Origin: a virus
DNA length: 35,119 nt
Virus genome (UHGV): UHGV-0196339
Direction: 5' to 3' (one strand)
Every line of letters starts with the position of its first letter. The stretch's first letter is position 1. The translations under genes and the position numbers were made by a program. A model generated the notes under the pieces. It did not search any database, was not told the DNA's origin, and saw nothing but the letters and a program-made list of their open reading frames with translations. Shown here piece by piece: positions 7,644-16,497 of the stretch.

Positions 7644-7734
7644 GAAACCAGAACATGCACACACAAAAAAACCGCTTGCCATGCCTCAATAGGTCAGGTT
7701 ACATTTCCGCTGCACCTCATAAAACGGGTGCCGG

Positions 7735-7920
7735 GATTCTCAACCCGACACAGAGCAAAGCGCATAACCGCGCAAGCGGTTTTTTTGTGCGTACTGTATT
7801 GCCACGTCTTTTTCGCGTCAGAATTATGGCGGGGCGTACGGGGCCGACTTTGGTCGGGCCGGATTCTTTGCTCTCCGGTGTTGAGAACCCTGTACGTCTC
7901 GCCACCCCGAGATTCTCAAC
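7735..7920. repeat. Three copies of GATTCTCAAC-like motif (two direct, one inverted) flanking a terminator
   Basis: GATTCTCAACCCGACACAGAGCAAAG at 7735-7760. Its imperfect reverse complement at 7866-7889. GATTCTCAAC again at 7911-7920. Confidence 0.4.
7766..7787 (+). terminator. Rho-independent terminator within the early region
   Basis: AACCGC-gcaa-GCGGTT followed by TTTTTT. Confidence 0.5.
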
Positions 7921-7965
7921 TCTGGATGGTGAGTTATTTCTATCACCGAGCAAAGAGGCCACACC

Positions 7966-8196
7966 ATGGCAAACCGCAAACAGCACCGCGCTATCGCGGA
8001 GCGTCGTCACATCCAGACTGAAATCAACCGCAGACTTTCCCGCGCATCACGCGTCGCGCAAATCATGCACATCAATATGCTGCATGAGCGCAGCCACGCA
8101 CTATCAAACATTTATTCCGCCTCTGTTTTCAGCTATCTGGCGGATGATCTGCACGAGCTTCAACAGCTCATCCAGCAGCAAAACAAACTCCATTAA
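7966..8196 (+). CDS. Hypothetical small helical protein (early region)
   Basis: 76 aa, AGAGG SD 8 nt upstream, compositionally protein-like. Confidence 0.5.
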   Translation: MANRKQHRAIAERRHIQTEINRRLSRASRVAQIMHINMLHERSHALSNIYSASVFSYLADDLHELQQLIQQQNKLH

Positions 8197-8268
8197 TTCC
8201 TGTTCCGGGCCTTTCCTGCACCTTGCGGCGGGAGGCCTTCGCACATCTGTAACAAGAGGATTGCCGCA

Positions 8269-8634
8269 ATGATTCTCGCCAACGACTTTCTTGAATACCT
8301 GCTCAACACAGAACGTGATCTTGCCGCTCGCGTGCGTGATCGTTATGACATGTACCTGAAATCCCTGCCTGTACCGCAGCTCGCTGACGGAAAGATTGTT
8401 ATTGAAGATCGCTACATGATTGACAGCCACGAGGGAAATTACAGGCTTTACCGCATTGAAGGTGGCACCCCGTCCGTTATTGGCATTTACCAGCGCCCAT
8501 CCTCTGCAATCGTCGATGTGATTGCCGACAGCATCCGCATCACACATCGCCATGCCGACACAGAAGACACCGTGCTGGAAATTCAGCGGCTGGCTACAGT
8601 CTGCCGCGACACCCTGAATGGCATGACGAAGTAA
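8269..8634 (+). CDS. Hypothetical protein immediately upstream of the replication gene
   Basis: 121 aa, AGAGGA SD. Stop lies 6 nt before the gene A start. Confidence 0.55.
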   Translation: MILANDFLEYLLNTERDLAARVRDRYDMYLKSLPVPQLADGKIVIEDRYMIDSHEGNYRLYRIEGGTPSVIGIYQRPSSAIVDVIADSIRITHRHADTEDTVLEIQRLATVCRDTLNGMTK

Positions 8635-8640
8635 ATCACT

Positions 8641-11406
8641 ATGACGGCAGAGTACATCAGGGACTGGCAACAACCGCGCCACGCAGTGGGGCGTGAAGGA
8701 ACGGGGATCCCCGCTCCTGAATCCGCGCTTTCCTCCTGGCTGGATGCCTACCGGGCAGAGAACGAGCGCCGCCAGGAAATGGCTGATGCGGCGTTCTCCG
8801 CCACGCCGCTGGGCAACCTGATTAATAAAAGCCTGGACGCACAGGAAAAACAGGACAAAACCATCACACTGGCAGGAGACGCCAGAAAACAGGCACGTGG
8901 CGCGGTGGATGAAGCCATGGCCTCGCTGCGCCTGCTGCCGACCTATCTGCGCGATCCGCTTATTCGCCACCTCTCCTTCCTGCGCAAAAAACAGGAAGCC
9001 GATCGTCAGAAAGGAAAAAACGCCAGGCAGGCAGAACGCTATGCGCGTGGGACCCTGCGCAAAATATTCGAACGTCTGGAGCGCACCGATCACCGCTGGC
9101 TGACACCGGGTTATCGCTCCCTTGCCGGACGCGAACGCCTGGACAATTTGCTTTACCTGCCGCAGCTCAACAAACACCAGATACAGACGCTGGCCACCAT
9201 GACGGCGGCGATGTTCAGCAGCACCTTCGAAAAACTCTGCGATGGCTTTGGCGCGACCGATGGCGAGCTGACCATGGATGTAACCCTGAAGGCGTATCAG
9301 ATGCTGGCCCGCATAGCGTTACACCTGCACGCCATGCCTCCACATTATGACGCACTGACAACAGACAAAGACCGGAGGAACGAACCGGACACGGAGCTGC
9401 TGCCGGGCGCAATCCTTCGCCTGACCTGTGCGGAATGGTGGAAACGCAAACTGTGGCTGTTACGTTGCGAGTGGCGGGAAGAACAACTCCGCGCCGCCTG
9501 TCTGGTTTCCAGAAAGACATCACCCTATCTGAGCCAGGACGCGTTAAGCGAGTTTCGCGCACAGCGCGAGAAAACACGCGATTTCCTGAAAAGTTTCATG
9601 CTGGAAAACGAAGACGGGTTCACGATTGATCTCGAGACAGTGTATTACGCGGGAGTAAGTAACCCGGTTCACCGTAAGGCAGAAATGATGGCCACCATGA
9701 AGGGGCTGGAACTTCTGGCCGAAGCCCGTGGCGACAGAGCGGTGTTTCTGACTGTCACCTGCCCGTCAAAATACCACGCAACAACGGAGAACGGTCATCC
9801 GAATCCCAAATGGAACGGGGCCACTATGCGCGACTCCAGCGATTACCTGGTTAACACGTTTTTTGCAGCGGTCCGCAAAAAACTGAACCGCGACGGCCTG
9901 CGCTGGTATGGCATCCGCACGGTGGAGCCTCATCATGACGGCACGGTGCACTGGCACATGATGGTTTTTGCTCATCCTGACGAGATTGAAACCATCGTGT
10001 CCCACGTCTGCGATATTGCCATTCAGGAAGACCGCCACGAGCTGGGCGATGACATAACTCCGCGTTTTAAGGCGGAGTACGTCGACGGCTCAAAAGGCAC
10101 ACCAACCAGCTATATCGCGACCTACATCGGAAAAAACCTGGACAGCCGCGCCGTGGATGGCATCGACCCGAAAACGGGCAAACCACGCGTTGACCACGAA
10201 ACCGGAAAATCAATGGCCGAGAGCGTGGAGCGCGCCATCGGCTGGGCGCGCCTTCACCGGGTCCGCCAGTTCCAGTTCTTTGGCATCCCCTCCCGTCAGG
10301 TGTGGCGTGAACTGCGCCGCCTTGCCAGCCAGATGGCACGCAACCCGGAAGGCCCGCAACGGCTGAAGGATGACGCAATGGATGCGGTACTCGCTGCCGC
10401 TGATGCCGGGTGTTTTGCCTCCTACATTGAAAAACAGGGTGGCGTACTTGTTCCACGCAAGGACTACCTGATTCGCACCGCCTACGACCTCGCAGATGAG
10501 CTGAACGATTACGGCGAACAGAGCGTACAGATTTACGGGATCTGGTCACCACTCATCGGGGAATCCTCCCGTGTGTGCACGCACCCGGATAACTGGAAGC
10601 TGGTAAGACGTAAACCGGAAGCGGAAGACAGCACCCGCGAAAATGATTTTGACCTTCAGGGCGGCCCTGCCGCCCCTTGGACTCGTGGCAATAACTGTCC
10701 CCGTGTACAGGAAACGGACAACAACGGGACAGAACAGCAGGAAGAACGGCCAGCACTGTGGCCGCAGCTTCCTGACGGCGTTGATGTGGATGAATGGATG
10801 CGCTCACTGAAACGGCACGAACGCCGGGCGCTGATGCGTTCGCTTCGTGACAAACAGGCAAAAAACAGCAGTGATGAAATGCAGAGCTGGACACAGAGCC
10901 GCAAACAGCAGCGGCCTTTGCCTGATAACCACGAATTACTCGCTAAAGAATGGCGGGAATCTGCCGAATCTCTCGGCCTGCATATCGGTGAACAGCAGAT
11001 GCAGCACCTGTTACGAGGCGGCAGTCTGTACGTTGACGGCAGCATCATTGCACCGCAGGGATTTGAAATTGTACGCAAACCAGATACCCGACCGGACAGC
11101 CGAATCACGCAGCTCTGGCAGCGCCTGAGCCGTAATCACGGCGTAAACAGCACGGAAATCCGCCATAACCCGGTTTCCAGCTATCTGAAACAGCTCGGGG
11201 CATCAGACCCTGAAGCCGCTGCACGCCTGGCATCCACAATTCAGCAGGACCAGAGCACCATGAAAACTCCCGTTACCGTGCTTTCTGACATGCTGCGCGC
11301 CATCCGTGACGCAGAGCACGCACAGAGAATCAATGAAACCACTGAACGCGCACGTCACAAGGCGGGTCTGTTGCAGGACAAAGGCAATAGCGAGAAGAAA
11401 AAATAA
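8641..11406 (+). CDS. A: Gene A-type rolling-circle replication initiation endonuclease
   Basis: 921 aa. TVTCPSKYH, VEPHHDGTVHWHMMVF (HUH motif) and YIATYIGKN (catalytic Tyr motif) match P2 gpA. Long low-complexity C-terminal extension. Confidence 0.9.
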   Translation: MTAEYIRDWQQPRHAVGREGTGIPAPESALSSWLDAYRAENERRQEMADAAFSATPLGNLINKSLDAQEKQDKTITLAGDARKQARGAVDEAMASLRLLPTYLRDPLIRHLSFLRKKQEADRQKGKNARQAERYARGTLRKIFERLERTDHRWLTPGYRSLAGRERLDNLLYLPQLNKHQIQTLATMTAAMFSSTFEKLCDGFGATDGELTMDVTLKAYQMLARIALHLHAMPPHYDALTTDKDRRNEPDTELLPGAILRLTCAEWWKRKLWLLRCEWREEQLRAACLVSRKTSPYLSQDALSEFRAQREKTRDFLKSFMLENEDGFTIDLETVYYAGVSNPVHRKAEMMATMKGLELLAEARGDRAVFLTVTCPSKYHATTENGHPNPKWNGATMRDSSDYLVNTFFAAVRKKLNRDGLRWYGIRTVEPHHDGTVHWHMMVFAHPDEIETIVSHVCDIAIQEDRHELGDDITPRFKAEYVDGSKGTPTSYIATYIGKNLDSRAVDGIDPKTGKPRVDHETGKSMAESVERAIGWARLHRVRQFQFFGIPSRQVWRELRRLASQMARNPEGPQRLKDDAMDAVLAAADAGCFASYIEKQGGVLVPRKDYLIRTAYDLADELNDYGEQSVQIYGIWSPLIGESSRVCTHPDNWKLVRRKPEAEDSTRENDFDLQGGPAAPWTRGNNCPRVQETDNNGTEQQEERPALWPQLPDGVDVDEWMRSLKRHERRALMRSLRDKQAKNSSDEMQSWTQSRKQQRPLPDNHELLAKEWRESAESLGLHIGEQQMQHLLRGGSLYVDGSIIAPQGFEIVRKPDTRPDSRITQLWQRLSRNHGVNSTEIRHNPVSSYLKQLGASDPEAAARLASTIQQDQSTMKTPVTVLSDMLRAIRDAEHAQRINETTERARHKAGLLQDKGNSEKKK

Positions 11407-11506
11407 CCAAGAAAGAAATCATCAATTGTATGAAGGTAGAGTTTAGACATGGTAAGGACGTTCCATGAGGCACACTGTAATTTCATATAGTATTCCTCTT
11501 CCCTGT

Positions 11507-11534
11507 TTGATAAAAAAGTGCAATACTATAAATA
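11507..11534 (+). promoter_or_regulatory. Candidate sigma70 promoter for the ATPase-protease cassette
   Basis: TTGATA (11507-11512), about 16 nt, then TAAATA/TATAAA around 11527-11534, in an AT-rich leader upstream of the ATG at 11587. Confidence 0.3.
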
Positions 11535-11586
11535 GTCCAGTTAAATGCTTTTTCAATTCACTTAAAATCAAGAGGTTACAGTTAAG

Positions 11587-12708
11587 ATGGGCGACTTAGG
11601 TGGTATTCAGTCAGATTTAGCCCAACTAGTTAGACTGGTAATAACTGAACAGTATGATGACGTTCGGTTATATGTCGCTCGCTTGGTGCGTAAATATCGG
11701 GAAACTATGCCTGCTCTATCCGAGCAGCTTGATCTTTATCTACGAAATAAACCGCAAAAGCCTGCACAAAGCCTGCGTAAGGTTACCGCACCAAAACAAG
11801 CGCTGCCTCAAACCATGCCTGTGGACGAGGAGTCAAGGCTTACCTTGCTTAAAGCACCAAATGAAAAGATTGTGAGCAAACCTCTACTGTCCAGTCAGAT
11901 AGAAGACTCACTGGATCAAATTATTCTTGAGCGGAAGCACATCGATCGCCTCAAGACTCTCGGCTTACAACCAACACGCTCTGCCATTTTTGTTGGCCCT
12001 CCGGGTGTAGGTAAAACACTTACGGCAAGCTGGTTAGCTCAGAAATTAGGGGTTCCTTTTTACGTTCTTGATTTAACGGCAGTAATGAGCAGCTATCTGG
12101 GCAAAAGCGGAAATAACCTTCGGGCAGCTCTAGATTTTGCGAAGAAAGGGCCGTGCGTTCTTCTGTTAGATGAAATTGATTCAATCGCCAAAAAGAGAAG
12201 TGATGATTCTGATGTTGGAGAATTAAAAAGACTTGTTACAGTGATACTCCAGGAGGTTGACGAATGGCCGTCTTCTAGTTTGCTACTTGCTGCAACTAAC
12301 TTCGCTGAGTTGATTGATCCAGCACTATGGAGACGTTTTGATTTAGTGCTCAATTTTGAGAAACCAGATAGCGAAAGTATTAAAGAAGCAATTAAACGCT
12401 TTTCAGGTCCCGACTACGCGATTTTTGCACGTTGGATAGATCTACTGGCTATTATGTTCAAAAATGAATCTTTTAGTAATATTGAGCGTTCTATCAACAA
12501 ATTCCGACGTTCGGTCGCTTTAGGTATTTCCTCAGATGAAGAGTTGATTGGGTCGTTCATTAAAGATGGTTTATCAGAATTAGACAGGAATGAACGTAAA
12601 GAAATTGCAGTTACTCTAAAAAGAAATTCTAAATTATCCCAGCATGCCATATCAGACTTAACCGGAGTCAGTAGGGATACAATTAGAAAATACAGTCAAA
12701 AAATGTAA
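11587..12708 (+). CDS. AAA+ ATPase with C-terminal HTH-like segment (IetA-like)
   Basis: 373 aa. Walker A GPPGVGKT, Walker B LLLDEID, sensor-1 ATN, Arg finger region WRRFD. C-terminal LSQHAISDLTGVSRDTIRKY resembles an HTH. AT-rich. Confidence 0.8.
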   Translation: MGDLGGIQSDLAQLVRLVITEQYDDVRLYVARLVRKYRETMPALSEQLDLYLRNKPQKPAQSLRKVTAPKQALPQTMPVDEESRLTLLKAPNEKIVSKPLLSSQIEDSLDQIILERKHIDRLKTLGLQPTRSAIFVGPPGVGKTLTASWLAQKLGVPFYVLDLTAVMSSYLGKSGNNLRAALDFAKKGPCVLLLDEIDSIAKKRSDDSDVGELKRLVTVILQEVDEWPSSSLLLAATNFAELIDPALWRRFDLVLNFEKPDSESIKEAIKRFSGPDYAIFARWIDLLAIMFKNESFSNIERSINKFRRSVALGISSDEELIGSFIKDGLSELDRNERKEIAVTLKRNSKLSQHAISDLTGVSRDTIRKYSQKM

Positions 12709-12731
12709 TACAGCATAGATAAGGAGTATGT

Positions 12732-14957
12732 ATGGCGAAAACTAATTTTCTGATTGGACGCGGCGAATTATTAACCAGCGATATTCCTGGTCCTAAAAGA
12801 GTGCCCGGAAAAGCTGAGGTTTATTCTCTTTACGAATCGAAACAACGTTTATTGCCGCAAATTGCATCTACTATAGAAAATTTTGATGATTTACCCAGTC
12901 AGGCATGTCCTTATGATTATGCTGTGGCTAAGTTGACGTTGAATCCGAGCTATATTGCACGCTCTTTTTTTCCTGCAAAAATGCTTAAGTCTACCGGGTT
13001 AACGTCTATTGGCAGCAGGACGGTAAAAATTACGCCTCAAAGCTGGAAGCGAAAAGTTACTGTGTCAGAAGTAACTACGACACAAATGTTTGTTGCTGGT
13101 AAAAGAGAATCCTTCAAAGAGTTACCTCATTGGGTGTCAGGACTCAAAGAGTTTTCTGACGAAGCGATTGATTTTGCACGCATAGAACGGTTCGATGCCT
13201 ATTTACCCGAAGAGCGTATTATTACCATTGGTGAGCAGGATTCTTCGTATTTTGAGGTTGGTGTTCATTTACTGCCAGATAATGAACAAGACTTGGTTCA
13301 GCAACAATTTGTTCAGTTTGCATCAAATTTGAACATCAAAGTACATACTTCATTAGCTTTTACCGCTGGTACATTATGGTTCGTGCCAATCCAGGCCGAT
13401 AGAATTACTATTAGTAAGCTTGCGAAATTTACATTTGTACGAGTAATAAGACCGGTTCCAAGATTGCGTGGGATTAGACCAATACAAAGGAACTACGGTC
13501 CTTTAGCTCAGTGTAAATTGCCTGCTGAGGGCCCCGTATCTTCAGAAATAAAAGTTGCGATTCTTGATGGCGGTTTACCATCAGAGCACGCTATATCGCC
13601 ATGGTTAAAATCCTATAGAGTTTTGGACGATCATGCAGAGGATGATCCAGACGGTTTAGAACATGGTTTAGCTGTGTCTTCAGCCTTTTTATTTGGACCA
13701 ATAAGTAATAAATCGGAAGCGAAAAGACCATACTCTTATATTGATAACTTAAGAGTTTTGGACAACAAGACCTGCCAAGAAGATCCGCTGGAACTATATC
13801 GAAATTTGGGCTTTATTGAAGAGGTATTGTTGTCTCGCCAGTATCAGTTTATCAATCTAAGTTTAGGTCCAGACCTACCAATTGAAGATACGGAAGTTCA
13901 TGCATGGACTTCCGTTATTGATGATTTGTTAAGTGATGGTGAAACATTAATGACTGTTGCTGTTGGCAACAATGGAGAAATGGATCGCAAGTCTGGTAAT
14001 GCAAGAATTCAAGTACCAGCCGATTGCGTTAATGCTCTTGCTGTTGGTGCTTGTGATACAGTTAATGATACGGAATGGAAACGAGCACCATATAGCGCCA
14101 TTGGGCCAGGCAGAAGTCCTGGCGTGATGAAACCGGATTTAGTTGCGTTTGGTGGTGACACAGACGAGTACTTTCATGTTTTAGGTAAAGGTAAGAAGCC
14201 TGTAATCATACCCCAGCTAGGAACAAGCTTTGCCTCTCCTTACGCCTTACGAGCAGCTGTTGGTGTTCGGGCAATTTTAGGGAACGATTTGAGCCTACTA
14301 GCAATCAAAGCTTTGTTAATTCATGCGTCAAAACAGCTTGATCATCCTTGTACAGAAGTTGGCTGGGGAAAACTTCCTGAAGACTTGAACGACATTATAG
14401 TCAGCCCTGATGGTGTTGCCCGTATCGTCTACCAAGGTGAATTGAAACCAGGAAAATACTTACGCGCTCCTCTTCCAATACCTGAAGGTGGCTTGAAAGG
14501 TAGAATAAACTTAGCGGCAACTTTCTGTTATGCAACAACCACTGATCCACAAGACCCAGCTTCCTATACAAAAGCTGGTTTGGAAGTGACATTCCGGCCA
14601 AATGATTCAAAAATCAAAGACGGAAAACAAAATGCTGAAACCAAGGGATTCTTTGAACTGGCCAAATATTCAACTGAAAGTGAGCGACGTTCTGACATGG
14701 GCAAATGGGAGACCGTCTTACATAATTCGAAGAACATGCTCGGTTCAACTCTAAAAAATCCTGTATTTGACATTCATTATAACGCTCGTGAGGCCGGTGC
14801 AAGCATAGCCAGCCATAAGGCAGAAAAAATCAAGTATGCTCTTATAATTACCATTAAGGCATCAAAGCACCAAGACCTGTATAACGAAATTTTACGTACT
14901 TATAATCAGGTGCTCGTGCCAATTCAACCGCAAACATCAATTCCTATTCGTTCGTAA
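12732..14957 (+). CDS. S8-family subtilisin-like serine peptidase with N- and C-terminal extensions (IetS-like)
   Basis: 741 aa. Subtilase motifs: Asp in VAILDGG, His in LEHGLAV, oxyanion Asn in VGNNG, Ser in GTSFASP. AAGGAG SD 5 nt upstream, 23 nt after the ATPase stop. Confidence 0.85.
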   Translation: MAKTNFLIGRGELLTSDIPGPKRVPGKAEVYSLYESKQRLLPQIASTIENFDDLPSQACPYDYAVAKLTLNPSYIARSFFPAKMLKSTGLTSIGSRTVKITPQSWKRKVTVSEVTTTQMFVAGKRESFKELPHWVSGLKEFSDEAIDFARIERFDAYLPEERIITIGEQDSSYFEVGVHLLPDNEQDLVQQQFVQFASNLNIKVHTSLAFTAGTLWFVPIQADRITISKLAKFTFVRVIRPVPRLRGIRPIQRNYGPLAQCKLPAEGPVSSEIKVAILDGGLPSEHAISPWLKSYRVLDDHAEDDPDGLEHGLAVSSAFLFGPISNKSEAKRPYSYIDNLRVLDNKTCQEDPLELYRNLGFIEEVLLSRQYQFINLSLGPDLPIEDTEVHAWTSVIDDLLSDGETLMTVAVGNNGEMDRKSGNARIQVPADCVNALAVGACDTVNDTEWKRAPYSAIGPGRSPGVMKPDLVAFGGDTDEYFHVLGKGKKPVIIPQLGTSFASPYALRAAVGVRAILGNDLSLLAIKALLIHASKQLDHPCTEVGWGKLPEDLNDIIVSPDGVARIVYQGELKPGKYLRAPLPIPEGGLKGRINLAATFCYATTTDPQDPASYTKAGLEVTFRPNDSKIKDGKQNAETKGFFELAKYSTESERRSDMGKWETVLHNSKNMLGSTLKNPVFDIHYNAREAGASIASHKAEKIKYALIITIKASKHQDLYNEILRTYNQVLVPIQPQTSIPIRS

Positions 14958-14970
14958 TCCTTCAAGACAT

Positions 14971-15000
14971 AATGCCCCTCAATTTGAGGGGCATTTCTTT
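14971..15000 (+). terminator. Rho-independent terminator after the S8 peptidase gene
   Basis: Perfect palindrome AATGCCCCTCAA/TTGAGGGGCATT followed by TCTTT. Confidence 0.6.
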
Positions 15001-15097
15001 GCACAAAAGTGCACAAATTTGCACAATTTTTTTGAACGACTTTTTGCCCTTCCGGCCCGCATGGCGGCTGGATCGGTCAAGGATCCGTGCGTGCACA
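15000..15097. repeat. Phased TGCACAA repeats in the cos-proximal intergenic region
   Basis: TGCACAA at about 15001, 15011 and 15021 (10-bp phasing) and again near 15090, in the region where P2-like phages carry cos. Confidence 0.35.
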
Positions 15098-15450
15098 AAA
15101 AAACGCGCTTTTTCTGCGCGCAGGTGACGGGGGAACAGCCCGCGTTTCAGGGGGGAAATAGCATCCCCTGAACGATGTCGCAGCGACACAACAGAATGGC
15201 TGTATTTCTCACGCTGAGCGTGAAAAAGACGTGAGGGCTTTTGATTTGATGGGGTGAAAGGTAAGGCCGTCAAAATCGCACTGAGACGGCGAGAACATGC
15301 AGTCAACGCGGTGGGATTGCGTAAGAGTCTGACTGTCGATGATGGCAATCAGCAGGAAAGCATCGTGAAATTATCTGACTGATACAGGAGCTGGAGAGTC
15401 GGGGCATAAATTTTTTATGCCCCGGCGAAGCAGCAGACAAGCGAAGCGCG

Positions 15451-16497
15451 TCAGGATGTGGGCTGGGTGTCTAACAGTGCGTAAGGGTTAAAGCGGATCA
15501 CCTCTTCGCCAAGCCAGTCATTGATGTGCTTCATGGCCTCCATGACGGGCATCAGCTCGTTAATTGCGTAAACCCGTGCGGCCTTCTCCACATCACCAAA
15601 CGCACTTTTTTCGCCCGGCATCGCCCCCATCAGTTGCGGCGGAACGCGGTGCGCAGCCAGCACATCATCACGGGATGCCGCCTTAACATTCATGAACTCA
15701 TCCTTTGCGGTGATCTGCTGGAACGGCAAAATTTGCACCCCCTCTTTGCCCCCGTTGGGCGCATGGATGAGCACGTTTTTAAACGCACCACCTCCACGTG
15801 CCCCCTGTAACGTTTCTTTCAGGGAGTCCATGCTTTCGCGGTTTACCTGCGCTGCTCCGATGTAGATGATGCACCCGGCGTGGGATCCATTGTCGTAATA
15901 CAGTTTTCTGAACATGTCCGCCGAATGAGACAGGCTGGCCGAGAGTAATGCGCCAAGATATTCCGGCATGCCGTAAATTTCCTGGTTAATGTCCGGATTC
16001 ATCAGGTGGCACACTTTGCCAGGGCGAAACTGAAACGCGTCTTTGCCATCCTGCACATACCACCATGATTCAAGATCGCTTCCGCGTCGCATGTATTTCG
16101 CCAGTGCGTGCCGTAATTTAAGTGGTTCGCCGAGCATATTGCTTCGAAGCTCAAGGAATGCGTTACCGAACACAAACCAGTCCAGCGCCAGCGCCGAGAA
16201 ATCCTGCCGGGAAAGCAGCGGGTGCGGGATGTAGCAACCAAGTAATACATTGCGCTTAAAGTAAAGCGCAGACTGATGCCAGGACGTTTGCCGGGCAGCT
16301 CTTGCCAGACCGTACCAGTCCACCGGGGTTTCATACCACCGCCCGTTATCAGCACAGTACATATTGTCCAGCAGGTCATGCCCGGTCAGGCGATAAGGAC
16401 CATCAAATGTGAATGCACTGAGCGATGATTCTTTCCTGAGCGCATCAGCGAGATCAATGCGTGAACTCATGCGCACTTTTTTATTTTTTCTGCTCAT
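15451..16497 (-). CDS. Q: Portal protein (P2 gpQ-like)
   Basis: 348 aa, downstream of and ATGA-overlapping the terminase gene on the minus strand. Position and size as P2 Q. Possible alternative start at 16470. Confidence 0.85.
   Translation of the reverse strand: MSRKNKKVRMSSRIDLADALRKESSLSAFTFDGPYRLTGHDLLDNMYCADNGRWYETPVDWYGLARAARQTSWHQSALYFKRNVLLGCYIPHPLLSRQDFSALALDWFVFGNAFLELRSNMLGEPLKLRHALAKYMRRGSDLESWWYVQDGKDAFQFRPGKVCHLMNPDINQEIYGMPEYLGALLSASLSHSADMFRKLYYDNGSHAGCIIYIGAAQVNRESMDSLKETLQGARGGGAFKNVLIHAPNGGKEGVQILPFQQITAKDEFMNVKAASRDDVLAAHRVPPQLMGAMPGEKSAFGDVEKAARVYAINELMPVMEAMKHINDWLGEEVIRFNPYALLDTQPTS

Noticed and set aside
7655-8272. 205-aa plus-strand ORF spanning the early-region gap
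   Set aside because: Ser-rich low-complexity translation that reads through an intrinsic terminator and the repeat region. The shorter in-frame-independent 76-aa ORF at 7966-8196 with an SD is preferred.
8104-11108. Several minus-strand ORFs of 100-357 aa inside the gene A region (8104-9177, 10067-10552, 10553-10894, 10656-11108)
   Set aside because: Antisense to the well-supported replication initiator, with Arg/Cys/Pro-rich low-complexity translations and no RBS.
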